A stretch of DNA of 64,000 bases, taken from the IMG/VR virus record IMGVR_UViG_3300032092_000008. One strand, written 5' to 3'. The notes beneath the pieces are model-generated. The model saw only the letters and a list, made by a program, of their open reading frames with translations. It was not told the DNA's origin and did no database searches. Shown here one piece after another: positions 10,985-19,414 of this stretch. Position 1 is the first letter of the stretch, and every line of letters starts with the position of its first letter. The position numbers and the translations under genes were made by a program. Origin of the DNA: an uncultured virus (IMG/VR IMGVR_UViG_3300032092_000008). Lineage: Duplodnaviria; Heunggongvirae; Uroviricota; Caudoviricetes.

Positions 10985-13533
10985 CCAAATGCAAAGAATT
11001 TATTAACATTTTTATTATTAGGAATATCACCCCAACGCATAGCATCATAATATGATTGCAACTTCTTTGTCATGATCTTTTCATAAATCAAGTTGTTATT
11101 AAGATGCTCTTCAATAAACTGCATGATCTCTGTCGGAACAGATTCATCTGGAATAGCTATTGTATCAAACCCATATGCATTGGCTCTTATATATGCCCAC
11201 TTAATCTTTTGTCCTATTCCTAAAGTAGGAACAGATTGCATCTTAAGAATATGCAACATGTTATTATAGTTAATAGCTGACTTGATATGTACCGGCGTTC
11301 CTTTCTTTGTTTCTAGGAAACCGTCTTTGCGTGTCACTACATATGTATCAAACTTCTTGATCGAACTAGCAGGCATGATTTCAGTTACATTTTCAACCGT
11401 TAACAGATATTCTTTGAAGTCTAATACAACTTCATCTACCTGAGCTTTTGTTTGATTATCTAATAAACGTATCAATATATCAGACATATACTCACGGAAC
11501 TTCTTTGGGAAGTTAGATCTCACAACATCCAATCCTTTAACATCAAGTTTAAATTGCTTGGCTCCTTTTGTCATAGCTGATATAGATACTCCTTTCTCAG
11601 AAATGATCTTTTGCGCATATCGTTTTTTGGCAATCCATATTGCAGCTTCAGCGACATATTCCTGTTTAAATGTCCAGAAGTGAGTTGATACATTACAATA
11701 TAGCTTTGCGAATTCATCAAATGAGCTATTGATATATTTTTCTACTTGCTGAGATGTCTTGAAAGTAATAGTAGCTTTTTCATCGTAACTCATTTTCTTG
11801 TTTTGCTTTTTCTCAAGCATCTCAATAATTGGTACGGCTGAAAAGAAATTACTATCTGTATCAACATATATCACATAATCTTTTTCAATACCAGTTGCAT
11901 TAGTAAACCATTCATTACCCTTCTTCATGGCATGCTTAACAACTGCCTGGCCGGTAATTGTAGTTGCCTCAGCATTGTCCAAATCATAGAAACGGAAACC
12001 TCTATTACCTAATACTCCATATAAAGAGTTTGAAATGATCTTTTGAGTTAACTGACGAGATTCATAATACTCATATAACTCTTTGTTACCTTCTTCTTTA
12101 TATTGTTTTGCCAGTGCTCGGAACTCCTCACGCTCCTTACTCCAAAGTTCCAAAATAGTTGGTATAACACCTTTCTTAGTTAAGTCATATACAACACCAC
12201 TAGCTGAAATAGAACAGTTATGCTCAATAAGATATGCTCTTAACTCCTCTGGAGTAAATGATAATCGTTTTGATTGCACATTGAATTTAACATTTTTATT
12301 TTCAACAAATGCTTCCATAGACCAATTGTCTATTTTAAATAGCTTTGTTTCTGGTGACATGTTCAATGTACGTTGACATGATGGATATAGACCCGAGGCA
12401 TCTTCGTCAAATACCCATTCATACCTACCTGGTATCGGATCTTTTACAAATGCTCCAGTAAAGCCGTCTTCATCAGAATCAGAAGTATCAACATCACTAT
12501 CATCAATAGCTTGACGATTAGGTGCTACAATCTCTGCTCGTTTTAAGAATGTTAAACAGGCTCCATCTAATGTCCTTGTTGCTGCATACACATCTGAATA
12601 TGGTACATGGCCTTTATGGCAAATACTTCTAGCCAAATCAATAAACTTGAGCTTGTCATCTAGTTCAACCATTAGTTCAACGTCGACTCGGTTGTATTCA
12701 ATAAACTTATCAACATCCGTTTCATATAATGTATCCAAGCTTCCTTCATACTCAACTTTACCTTTACCTAACTCTTTCCTAGATATATAATCCAATGCAT
12801 ATGATGGCTCTTCATTATATGTATACTGTCGATACAATCGCATTAAATCAAATACAGTAACGCCGGCAATAATATATTGCTCATACATTCTATCTTTTTC
12901 AATAATACTAATCGGACTTAGTTTAACAACATACTCATCACCTAGAACAATCTTCATACGATTAACTAGGTACGGAATATCGAACTTATCACAGTTCCAT
13001 CCGACGGCAATAGTTGGTTTAAACTTATTCCATGACTTAAGAAACAACATAAGTAAATCAGACTCATTAGGACATTTAAAGATATTACCAGACTCTGTTT
13101 GTTCCTTTGATATCTTTTGTACCTTAGTGTCAATAACAAGAATGTTATACTCTTGATTTACATTGTCATAATATGCGATAGAATTGATTACATTAGCAGC
13201 ATCTTCAACAGATGAGAATCGACGAGCTTCATCTCGTTGTACCTCAATATCAAAAAATAGAATACGATGATCTTTAGATACATCATCTGTTTTATAGAAC
13301 ATATCTATCAATACACGAGTATCAGGTCGTACATCTGATTCATATAAATGGCCCGGGTCGACATCTGAAAATGATGTAATACGTGTTACTCTGGATCCGT
13401 CTAGTGCAACTGCTTCACCATGTTGAGATTTTTTATATGCATACTTACGATATGGTATACGCATATAACCTTTTTCATCATCCCATAGATGTACCGTATT
13501 TGAACTACGATGATAGAATACTGATTGATACAT
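10981..13533 (-). CDS. Family B DNA polymerase (T4 gp43-like)
   Basis: Exo motifs FDIE, GWN..FDIPY, YN..D; polymerase motifs DASGLYPS, K..SNSLYG, YVDTDS, KKRY. Confidence 0.97.
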   Translation of the reverse strand: MYQSVFYHRSSNTVHLWDDEKGYMRIPYRKYAYKKSQHGEAVALDGSRVTRITSFSDVDPGHLYESDVRPDTRVLIDMFYKTDDVSKDHRILFFDIEVQRDEARRFSSVEDAANVINSIAYYDNVNQEYNILVIDTKVQKISKEQTESGNIFKCPNESDLLMLFLKSWNKFKPTIAVGWNCDKFDIPYLVNRMKIVLGDEYVVKLSPISIIEKDRMYEQYIIAGVTVFDLMRLYRQYTYNEEPSYALDYISRKELGKGKVEYEGSLDTLYETDVDKFIEYNRVDVELMVELDDKLKFIDLARSICHKGHVPYSDVYAATRTLDGACLTFLKRAEIVAPNRQAIDDSDVDTSDSDEDGFTGAFVKDPIPGRYEWVFDEDASGLYPSCQRTLNMSPETKLFKIDNWSMEAFVENKNVKFNVQSKRLSFTPEELRAYLIEHNCSISASGVVYDLTKKGVIPTILELWSKEREEFRALAKQYKEEGNKELYEYYESRQLTQKIISNSLYGVLGNRGFRFYDLDNAEATTITGQAVVKHAMKKGNEWFTNATGIEKDYVIYVDTDSNFFSAVPIIEMLEKKQNKKMSYDEKATITFKTSQQVEKYINSSFDEFAKLYCNVSTHFWTFKQEYVAEAAIWIAKKRYAQKIISEKGVSISAMTKGAKQFKLDVKGLDVVRSNFPKKFREYMSDILIRLLDNQTKAQVDEVVLDFKEYLLTVENVTEIMPASSIKKFDTYVVTRKDGFLETKKGTPVHIKSAINYNNMLHILKMQSVPTLGIGQKIKWAYIRANAYGFDTIAIPDESVPTEIMQFIEEHLNNNLIYEKIMTKKLQSYYDAMRWGDIPNNKNVNKFFAFG

Positions 13534-14045
13534 TATTGTTTCTTGATATTATAAATGTTTCTGTAATTTCTTTTTAACCCATTATCGTCAAATCCATAAC
13601 CAACAACCCACTCATCTTCAATTTCAAATGCTGTAAAATCAACATGATGCTTGCTTCCTTTGCGGTGTACCAATGTTACAATGCGTATTTCAGTTGGTTG
13701 TCTTGAATCTACTCGTTGTAATATTTCTAACATTGTAGCTCCAGTATCAACCATATCCTCGACAATATAAACCCTTTTTCCTTTAAGATCAAGTTCAAGT
13801 TCTTTCATAAAACGAACACCGCCTGAATTATCTTGGCCATGATATGATTTAGGACGTATAAAATCAATTTCACAATCAATGCCCATGTCCTTTATCAAAT
13901 CAGTAAAGAACATAAAGGCACCATTTAATACACAAATCATAACAGGTGGCAACGAATTACCACTGTTTCTATGATCTTCAGTTATTGAATGCGCCAGAGC
14001 TCTTACCCTACGCTCAATTTTATATTCAGGAATTATTAGATCCAT
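13533..14045 (-). CDS. hpt: Hypoxanthine/guanine phosphoribosyltransferase
   Basis: VLNGAFMF, PRPP loop IVEDMVDTGAT, VVGYGFD...RN. Confidence 0.93.
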   Translation of the reverse strand: MDLIIPEYKIERRVRALAHSITEDHRNSGNSLPPVMICVLNGAFMFFTDLIKDMGIDCEIDFIRPKSYHGQDNSGGVRFMKELELDLKGKRVYIVEDMVDTGATMLEILQRVDSRQPTEIRIVTLVHRKGSKHHVDFTAFEIEDEWVVGYGFDDNGLKRNYRNIYNIKKQ

Positions 14046-14745
14046 AGCCTCTTATAAATTCGTAAAACTCATTTCTTGTTGCTGGATCATCTTTAAATGC
14101 TCCTGTTAGTTTAGATGTCTTCATACTAGCGCCGCCATGTTTAACTCCACGGCATTGTACACAGTTATGAGTAGCTTCCACCATTACTGCCACGCCTTGA
14201 TTATCTTCAATAATAGTACTGACGGCCGTATGAATGGCAACTGTTAGCTGTTCTTGAATAGCGCCGCGTCTACCAAAATGCTCAACAATACGATTAAGTT
14301 TACTCAACCCAACCACCTTGCCATCTTTACCTGGAATATATGCTACATGCACTCTACCCATGATAGTCTGGTGATGATGGCTACACATTGAAGTTAATGG
14401 AATACCACCTTCAAATACCATACCATCATAACCATCACTTGGAAATGCTGTAATATCCGGAGCAGAATTAAATCTACCTGCCCATAGATCATTAACATAT
14501 GCTTTAGCTACTCGTCTAGGTGTATCATTTGAATTAGGATCATTCTCCCAATCTACTCCTAACGCTAATAGGAATCTACCAAAGTAATATGCTGCTTCGT
14601 CAATGATTTGTTGTTTTTCATCTTGAGTTAGCTTAGCATGCTCTCCTTCTATAGATTGTTTTTTAGCTAAATGCGTTGATATGCCATTTGCAAATCCTGA
14701 CGCTACAGTTTCTAATGAACTGCCTAATTGTTTCTTTTCTGCCAT
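14026..14745 (-). CDS. folE: GTP cyclohydrolase I
   Basis: TPRRVAK, CSHH, GLSKL, IQE, HNC..RG; zinc ligands intact. Start set at MAEKK. Confidence 0.95.
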   Translation of the reverse strand: MAEKKQLGSSLETVASGFANGISTHLAKKQSIEGEHAKLTQDEKQQIIDEAAYYFGRFLLALGVDWENDPNSNDTPRRVAKAYVNDLWAGRFNSAPDITAFPSDGYDGMVFEGGIPLTSMCSHHHQTIMGRVHVAYIPGKDGKVVGLSKLNRIVEHFGRRGAIQEQLTVAIHTAVSTIIEDNQGVAVMVEATHNCVQCRGVKHGGASMKTSKLTGAFKDDPATRNEFYEFIRGYGSNNS

Positions 14746-14746
14746 A

Positions 14747-15043
14747 TTATTGTTGATACATTGCGATATCAGATTCACGTACTAATACATATTCCTGATC
14801 ATCAATTTTAATTTTTTTGTTCTCTGTAGTATCATTCTTATGAATCATAACTACGTCTCCGACTTTAATTGTCATTGGAATACGATCTCCAGTTTGGGTA
14901 AACAAACCTTCGCCGACTGCAATAACATCAGCCATTACATAACTTCCTTCGGCTCCATTCATTAGAATAATACCAGAAGTTGTTTTTTCTTTCTTTTCTC
15001 TTTCTTGTAGTAACACTTGGTCACCTAGTGGTTTCATTGTCAT
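14747..15043 (-). CDS. groES: Co-chaperonin GroES
   Basis: MKPLGDQV, TTSGII, VIAVGEG, VGDVV, RESDI; AGGAG RBS before ATG 15043. Confidence 0.93.
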   Translation of the reverse strand: MTMKPLGDQVLLQEREKKEKTTSGIILMNGAEGSYVMADVIAVGEGLFTQTGDRIPMTIKVGDVVMIHKNDTTENKKIKIDDQEYVLVRESDIAMYQQ

Positions 15044-15057
15044 AACTGTTCTCCTTT

Positions 15058-15849
15058 TTATACACATCGTTTAGTATCGAAAGCAATAATATGCTCGCGA
15101 CCTGTAAAATTAAATCCATTATCTCTACAAAAATCCATTACCATTGGATACACTCTAATCAATTCATCTCTATTATCACCCGGAGGCATAATATAAGTTT
15201 TATTTTTTGGAATTCCTAATTCTTGTCTAAAACTTTCAATCTCTTGCCATACCTCAGGCATTTCATCCGGATTGCATACTGGTTTGAAATGATAATCAGT
15301 ATGATACTCCATCATTTGCTTAATAACTTCCTTATTCAATCGGAACTTGTTATGTTGCTTGATCATATTCTCATCAGTAATAGCTCCCTTTGGAGTCTCT
15401 ACGCCAACCTTAGGAATACTATTAGTAAACTTAGGTGACAATGAAATAAGACCAATTGGATAATCCGTTTCAATGAAATGACTGCCTTCTGTTTCAATTG
15501 TAATTAAAATACCACGTTCATTTGCAAAATGCGTTAATTCATTTACTAGATCAGCATGCATAGTAGGCGATCCGCCCGTTAACATCATTTCTTTGATATC
15601 TGGTCTATCATCATACATCTTCTTGATATCATTGAATGAGAATCCACCTTTCTCTGGGTGTATACTAGTATACCATGAATCACACCACCCGCCTTCACCA
15701 AACCAACATCTATGCGTACATCCGGTAGTACGAACACATACCGTAGGCATTCCTGAACGGCTACCTTCTGATTGCACACAGTAGTATAATTCTACAATTG
15801 GTAATTTTTTATCGTAATCTGTTATTCTTCCTGGTTTTTTATTCTCCAT
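15058..15849 (-). CDS. queE: 7-carboxy-7-deazaguanine synthase (radical SAM)
   Basis: E...VQSEG, VRTTGC, TGGSP, IETEG, SLSPK motifs; Cys motif CX3CX7C. Confidence 0.9.
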   Translation of the reverse strand: MENKKPGRITDYDKKLPIVELYYCVQSEGSRSGMPTVCVRTTGCTHRCWFGEGGWCDSWYTSIHPEKGGFSFNDIKKMYDDRPDIKEMMLTGGSPTMHADLVNELTHFANERGILITIETEGSHFIETDYPIGLISLSPKFTNSIPKVGVETPKGAITDENMIKQHNKFRLNKEVIKQMMEYHTDYHFKPVCNPDEMPEVWQEIESFRQELGIPKNKTYIMPPGDNRDELIRVYPMVMDFCRDNGFNFTGREHIIAFDTKRCV

Positions 15850-16303
15850 AACTTGCTGAATTTTTTTCATGTTCATATACTTCTACTTTTGTAGCTTTAA
15901 CTCTGCCATTGGTCTCTTCTGCTAGGAACCTATTGATCACGCTATACAGATATTCAGCAAACCTCTCGCATCCTACAGATGGTAATACACGAAGTTGAAT
16001 GATACCGTCTTTATCCATTTGAATAAACTTATCCATGTAAGGATCATCCTGAGCTATGATGGTAGTGTGATCAAGTAACCAAGAAAAGAACTCCTTTGGT
16101 TGCATGTGGTTGATTTCTGTCTTAGATCTTTTCATACCACCAAAATCAAATACCCAATTACGGTGATCTAAATCTCCTTCAAACCATACTCGAAATGATA
16201 CAGCATAACCATGCAAAAATCTACAATGAGTACCATCTGCTTTCCACTGACGGAAACAAGTTGAATAGCCATCAAATAATTTTGTTGAAACGTATCTGTG
16301 CAT
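15839..16303 (-). CDS. queD: 6-carboxytetrahydropterin synthase (QueD/PTPS family)
   Basis: HCRFLHGY, DFG, LDH, CE, E...NSA motifs; adjacent to queE. Confidence 0.9.
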   Translation of the reverse strand: MHRYVSTKLFDGYSTCFRQWKADGTHCRFLHGYAVSFRVWFEGDLDHRNWVFDFGGMKRSKTEINHMQPKEFFSWLLDHTTIIAQDDPYMDKFIQMDKDGIIQLRVLPSVGCERFAEYLYSVINRFLAEETNGRVKATKVEVYEHEKNSASYGE

Positions 16304-16311
16304 ATAACTCC

Positions 16312-16599
16312 TTATTTTTTATAAGTCCAAGCAAAATAATATTTCTTACCATGTAATAAATGCGAAGCTGTATTCGCGACTTTACCAGCAAACTCTGACA
16401 TATAGCCATGCATTGTACTGTCATCACTAAAGATAGTAAAGTTACTAGCTCCTTTGAATAATTCATTAAAACTCTTCCCAGAATGCATATAAGATTTAGC
16501 ATTCACTGTTTCATAACACATTGTTTTAAGATACTCTTGATCATAAAACGGTAACTGCTTCATATCGAAGGTTACTTCTACATCTTTGAATTTAAACAT
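16312..16599 (-). CDS. Hypothetical protein
   Basis: 95-aa ORF immediately after a promoter; AATAAGTTATG leader. Confidence 0.6.
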   Translation of the reverse strand: MFKFKDVEVTFDMKQLPFYDQEYLKTMCYETVNAKSYMHSGKSFNELFKGASNFTIFSDDSTMHGYMSEFAGKVANTASHLLHGKKYYFAWTYKK

Positions 16600-16622
16600 A
16601 ACTTATTATTTTTTGATTTAAT

Positions 16623-16654
16623 TAAATATAAGATCTTTCTTTTAATTTTCCAAA
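16623..16654 (-). promoter_or_regulatory. Host-type promoter TTTG-N20-TATATTTA upstream of queD-queE-groES-folE-hpt-polB
   Basis: Exact TTTG and TATATTTA boxes with a 20-nt spacer. Confidence 0.6.
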
Positions 16655-17274
16655 TCTTTTGTAACATTTTTTATATCATAATAAAATGAATCTGTATCCT
16701 CGGATACCCATCGATCTGAAACAGTTTCGGTACTAAGTAACTCGGTATCTACTTTTATTTCTTTTTTATCGATTGGAAAATCACGAGTGACCCAATTCGA
16801 GTCCTTCCAGTAAATTCTATTGTTTGGCATACATAATAAATAGCCATCATCTGCAACTAATACATGTCCACATTTATAATCAGTAGGCTCATTACTATAA
16901 GGATTATGTTGCCAGTCAATTGTAAACATATATGTTGCCCATGCCAATGTTTTATCACGTAATATTACCTGACAACGTTTATATTGTAAATACTCAAATT
17001 CTGTAACAGTTACATCATTACCGAAGCAGTCCCATAGTTGTTTATAATGATATGGTATATCAATTTCAGTAGGATGTAAATATATTTCAGATATTGGAAC
17101 ACGAGATCGTAACATGCCATAGTCAGTCATGATATGAAATGTTAAAATTTTACCGGCAATAGATTGTATTCCAAATGCATAACATGGATGAAATATGTTT
17201 GAATCACTTTCTTTTTTTGTAAAGTATGATTGCCGTACAAAACATTTAAAACTAGGTATATTACTATTAAGCAT
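16642..17274 (-). CDS. Hypothetical phage protein
   Basis: 210-aa ORF tiling with its neighbours; no function recognised. Confidence 0.7.
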   Translation of the reverse strand: MLNSNIPSFKCFVRQSYFTKKESDSNIFHPCYAFGIQSIAGKILTFHIMTDYGMLRSRVPISEIYLHPTEIDIPYHYKQLWDCFGNDVTVTEFEYLQYKRCQVILRDKTLAWATYMFTIDWQHNPYSNEPTDYKCGHVLVADDGYLLCMPNNRIYWKDSNWVTRDFPIDKKEIKVDTELLSTETVSDRWVSEDTDSFYYDIKNVTKDLEN

Positions 17275-17276
17275 AA

Positions 17277-17432
17277 TTAATCTTTATATGGACAGTGTCT
17301 ACATCCATTATTACAACAGTAACCACGTTTACGCAGAAAGTGGGCGGTAAAAACTACACGCCCATCTTCTTTGTAATAATCTTGCATTGTCTCTTCTAAA
17401 GCTAATTTAGAAATCCAATCATCTGTCCTCAT
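17277..17432 (-). CDS. Small cysteine-rich protein (DUF5522-like); missing from the ORF track
   Basis: Translated by hand: MRTDDWISKLALEETMQDYYKEDGRVVFTAHFLRKRGYCCNNGCRHCPYKD; ATGA overlap with the nrdJ stop. Confidence 0.8.
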   Translation of the reverse strand: MRTDDWISKLALEETMQDYYKEDGRVVFTAHFLRKRGYCCNNGCRHCPYKD

Positions 17433-19291
17433 ACTGCTGCTATCTCACATGCGCCACCTGCACAAGCAAGTTCTCCAGATAAGTTAGTTGAGTCATCTAA
17501 TTCAATTACTTTAGACAAATCAATACTATGTAATGAATTCATGAGTTCATCAAAACGCTCTTTGGTGATATCTTCAAATGGAGCTTGTTTATATGTTCCG
17601 CCATCAAAAGGCAATACCGAAAGACCATTATAATATTCTCTGTTATCCCACATCCATTGACCAGCTGCATCCCATTCATGTTCGCGTAATGATACAGTTG
17701 CTGATACATTATGTGTATTGTTACCACTACGATGTCCAGGGCGAACCCATTCCAAAGTAATACGTTTAATACGTTCTAACAATTGGAAAGGAGATTCAGT
17801 TCTTAGAATAGCTCCTACTGGTGCTTTTTGTGGTATTGAAATTACTGCGGTATCATGAGGACGGAAATATTCATCTTCAATTAGCTCTGGATGGTAGATT
17901 GACAAGTAAGAGTAAATTGCTTCGTTCTTACCTACACGTACACGACGTATATAATAATCATTATGCCATGCATGAATACCTGAACTAGTACCTAATGTTA
18001 ATGAAGTTGTTCCGGCTGGTTTAACGGTAGTTGATCTAGCTGCGCTATTAATACCTAATATACCTGCTATGCGAGCATTTTCTTCTTTAACTGTCTTGGC
18101 AGCTTCTTTCATGTTATATCCTAACACTGTACCAGAACCAATACCAGTCATTGATACTCCAATCAATGCATCTTTTTCAGTTGTACGTTTCCATACCGGA
18201 CGAAGATAATGGAAATCAGTGTAACCGGCTTGAAGTGTTCCAATAAATGCAGCTGCCTTAACTCGATTATTCAAATCTTCCTGAGATTCAATATCTGATA
18301 CATTTACCTCGCATAGGTTACAGAATTGATATGGACGAAGAGCAATTTCGCAACATGGATTAGTTCCCCAATCTTTATCGTTACTTAAATAAATACCAGG
18401 TTCACCAGCTCCACTCAATTCAACACGCTTCCAAAGTTCCATAAAGAACTCTTTGGTAACCTTATGGCGCATTAATACTGCTGAGTTATTAGCACGGCCT
18501 CTTTGTGGATTCAATTCCCACCAAGCTCCGGACTTACAAGAAATCATTTCATCATCATCGGCGCTAAACAATGATATGAGAGCTGCACGACGTATACCCC
18601 CAGCCAATACAGCGTCTGCAATGTGACAAACAACATCGTGCACTTCAATAGGTGATAACTTTTCTCCATCTTCTTTTGCATCTAAAATACCTTGAATTTT
18701 AATTAAACATTCTTTAAGAGGTTGAGGTCCTGGTGCTTTACCACCGGATGTAACCAAACGAGCTCCTTTAGGACGAATATCTGAAAAATCAAATTTAATC
18801 TTTGACCCACCAGTATAATAAGACTTCATCAATGCTTTAATGGCATCTGCCCATCCTTCAATACTATCAGCGATAAGGAAACGACGTTCTCTGGCCGTAT
18901 TTGGTTTATGAAGTTCTGGTAGTTGTTCTGCATGATGACGTTGAACACTATATCCTACACCAGTACCGCCTAATAATAAAAACATCACTTCGCCAAATGC
19001 TCTCCAATCATCAATAGGAAGATAGGCACAGTTATAAATACGGTTAGGTGAAATTTCAATTGGCTTACCACCAAATTGCAAACTACGCATTGATGGAAGT
19101 ACTTTTTTATCGTATACAAACTTATATACATTTTCAATTTCATCTGCTAAGTTTGGATATTTCTTTTGATGCATGTTTTTATTTCTGGTTACCAACTCGG
19201 CCCATGTTTCTCTCCGTTGGAGTTCCGGAACATATTTTGCGTACTTCATGTGTACGGTTATGTCGGAGAGTATTTGATTAGATACGTCCAT
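17429..19291 (-). CDS. nrdJ: Class II (adenosylcobalamin-dependent) ribonucleotide reductase
   Basis: LPSMR, YNC, TNPCCEI active-site loop, TVKPAGT, C-terminal CAGGAC; no beta subunit nearby. Confidence 0.9.
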   Translation of the reverse strand: MDVSNQILSDITVHMKYAKYVPELQRRETWAELVTRNKNMHQKKYPNLADEIENVYKFVYDKKVLPSMRSLQFGGKPIEISPNRIYNCAYLPIDDWRAFGEVMFLLLGGTGVGYSVQRHHAEQLPELHKPNTARERRFLIADSIEGWADAIKALMKSYYTGGSKIKFDFSDIRPKGARLVTSGGKAPGPQPLKECLIKIQGILDAKEDGEKLSPIEVHDVVCHIADAVLAGGIRRAALISLFSADDDEMISCKSGAWWELNPQRGRANNSAVLMRHKVTKEFFMELWKRVELSGAGEPGIYLSNDKDWGTNPCCEIALRPYQFCNLCEVNVSDIESQEDLNNRVKAAAFIGTLQAGYTDFHYLRPVWKRTTEKDALIGVSMTGIGSGTVLGYNMKEAAKTVKEENARIAGILGINSAARSTTVKPAGTTSLTLGTSSGIHAWHNDYYIRRVRVGKNEAIYSYLSIYHPELIEDEYFRPHDTAVISIPQKAPVGAILRTESPFQLLERIKRITLEWVRPGHRSGNNTHNVSATVSLREHEWDAAGQWMWDNREYYNGLSVLPFDGGTYKQAPFEDITKERFDELMNSLHSIDLSKVIELDDSTNLSGELACAGGACEIAAV

Positions 19292-19414
19292 AATGTTTCC
19301 TTAAAGTTAATTTAATAATGTGTTTGTAAATGTTTTAAAACTACGTAATTTTATACATAAATATGCCGTCGTGATTAAGCTCAGTTCAGTTTTGATAACT
19401 TTTTCTTTACTTTT

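Noticed and set aside
14026..14745. QueF or QueF-like reductase instead of FolE
   Set aside because: CSHH and the distal Cys zinc ligands of GTP cyclohydrolase I are intact.
19292..19414. Cobalamin riboswitch upstream of nrdJ
   Set aside because: The gap is short and AT-rich, with no B12-box or stable stems visible.
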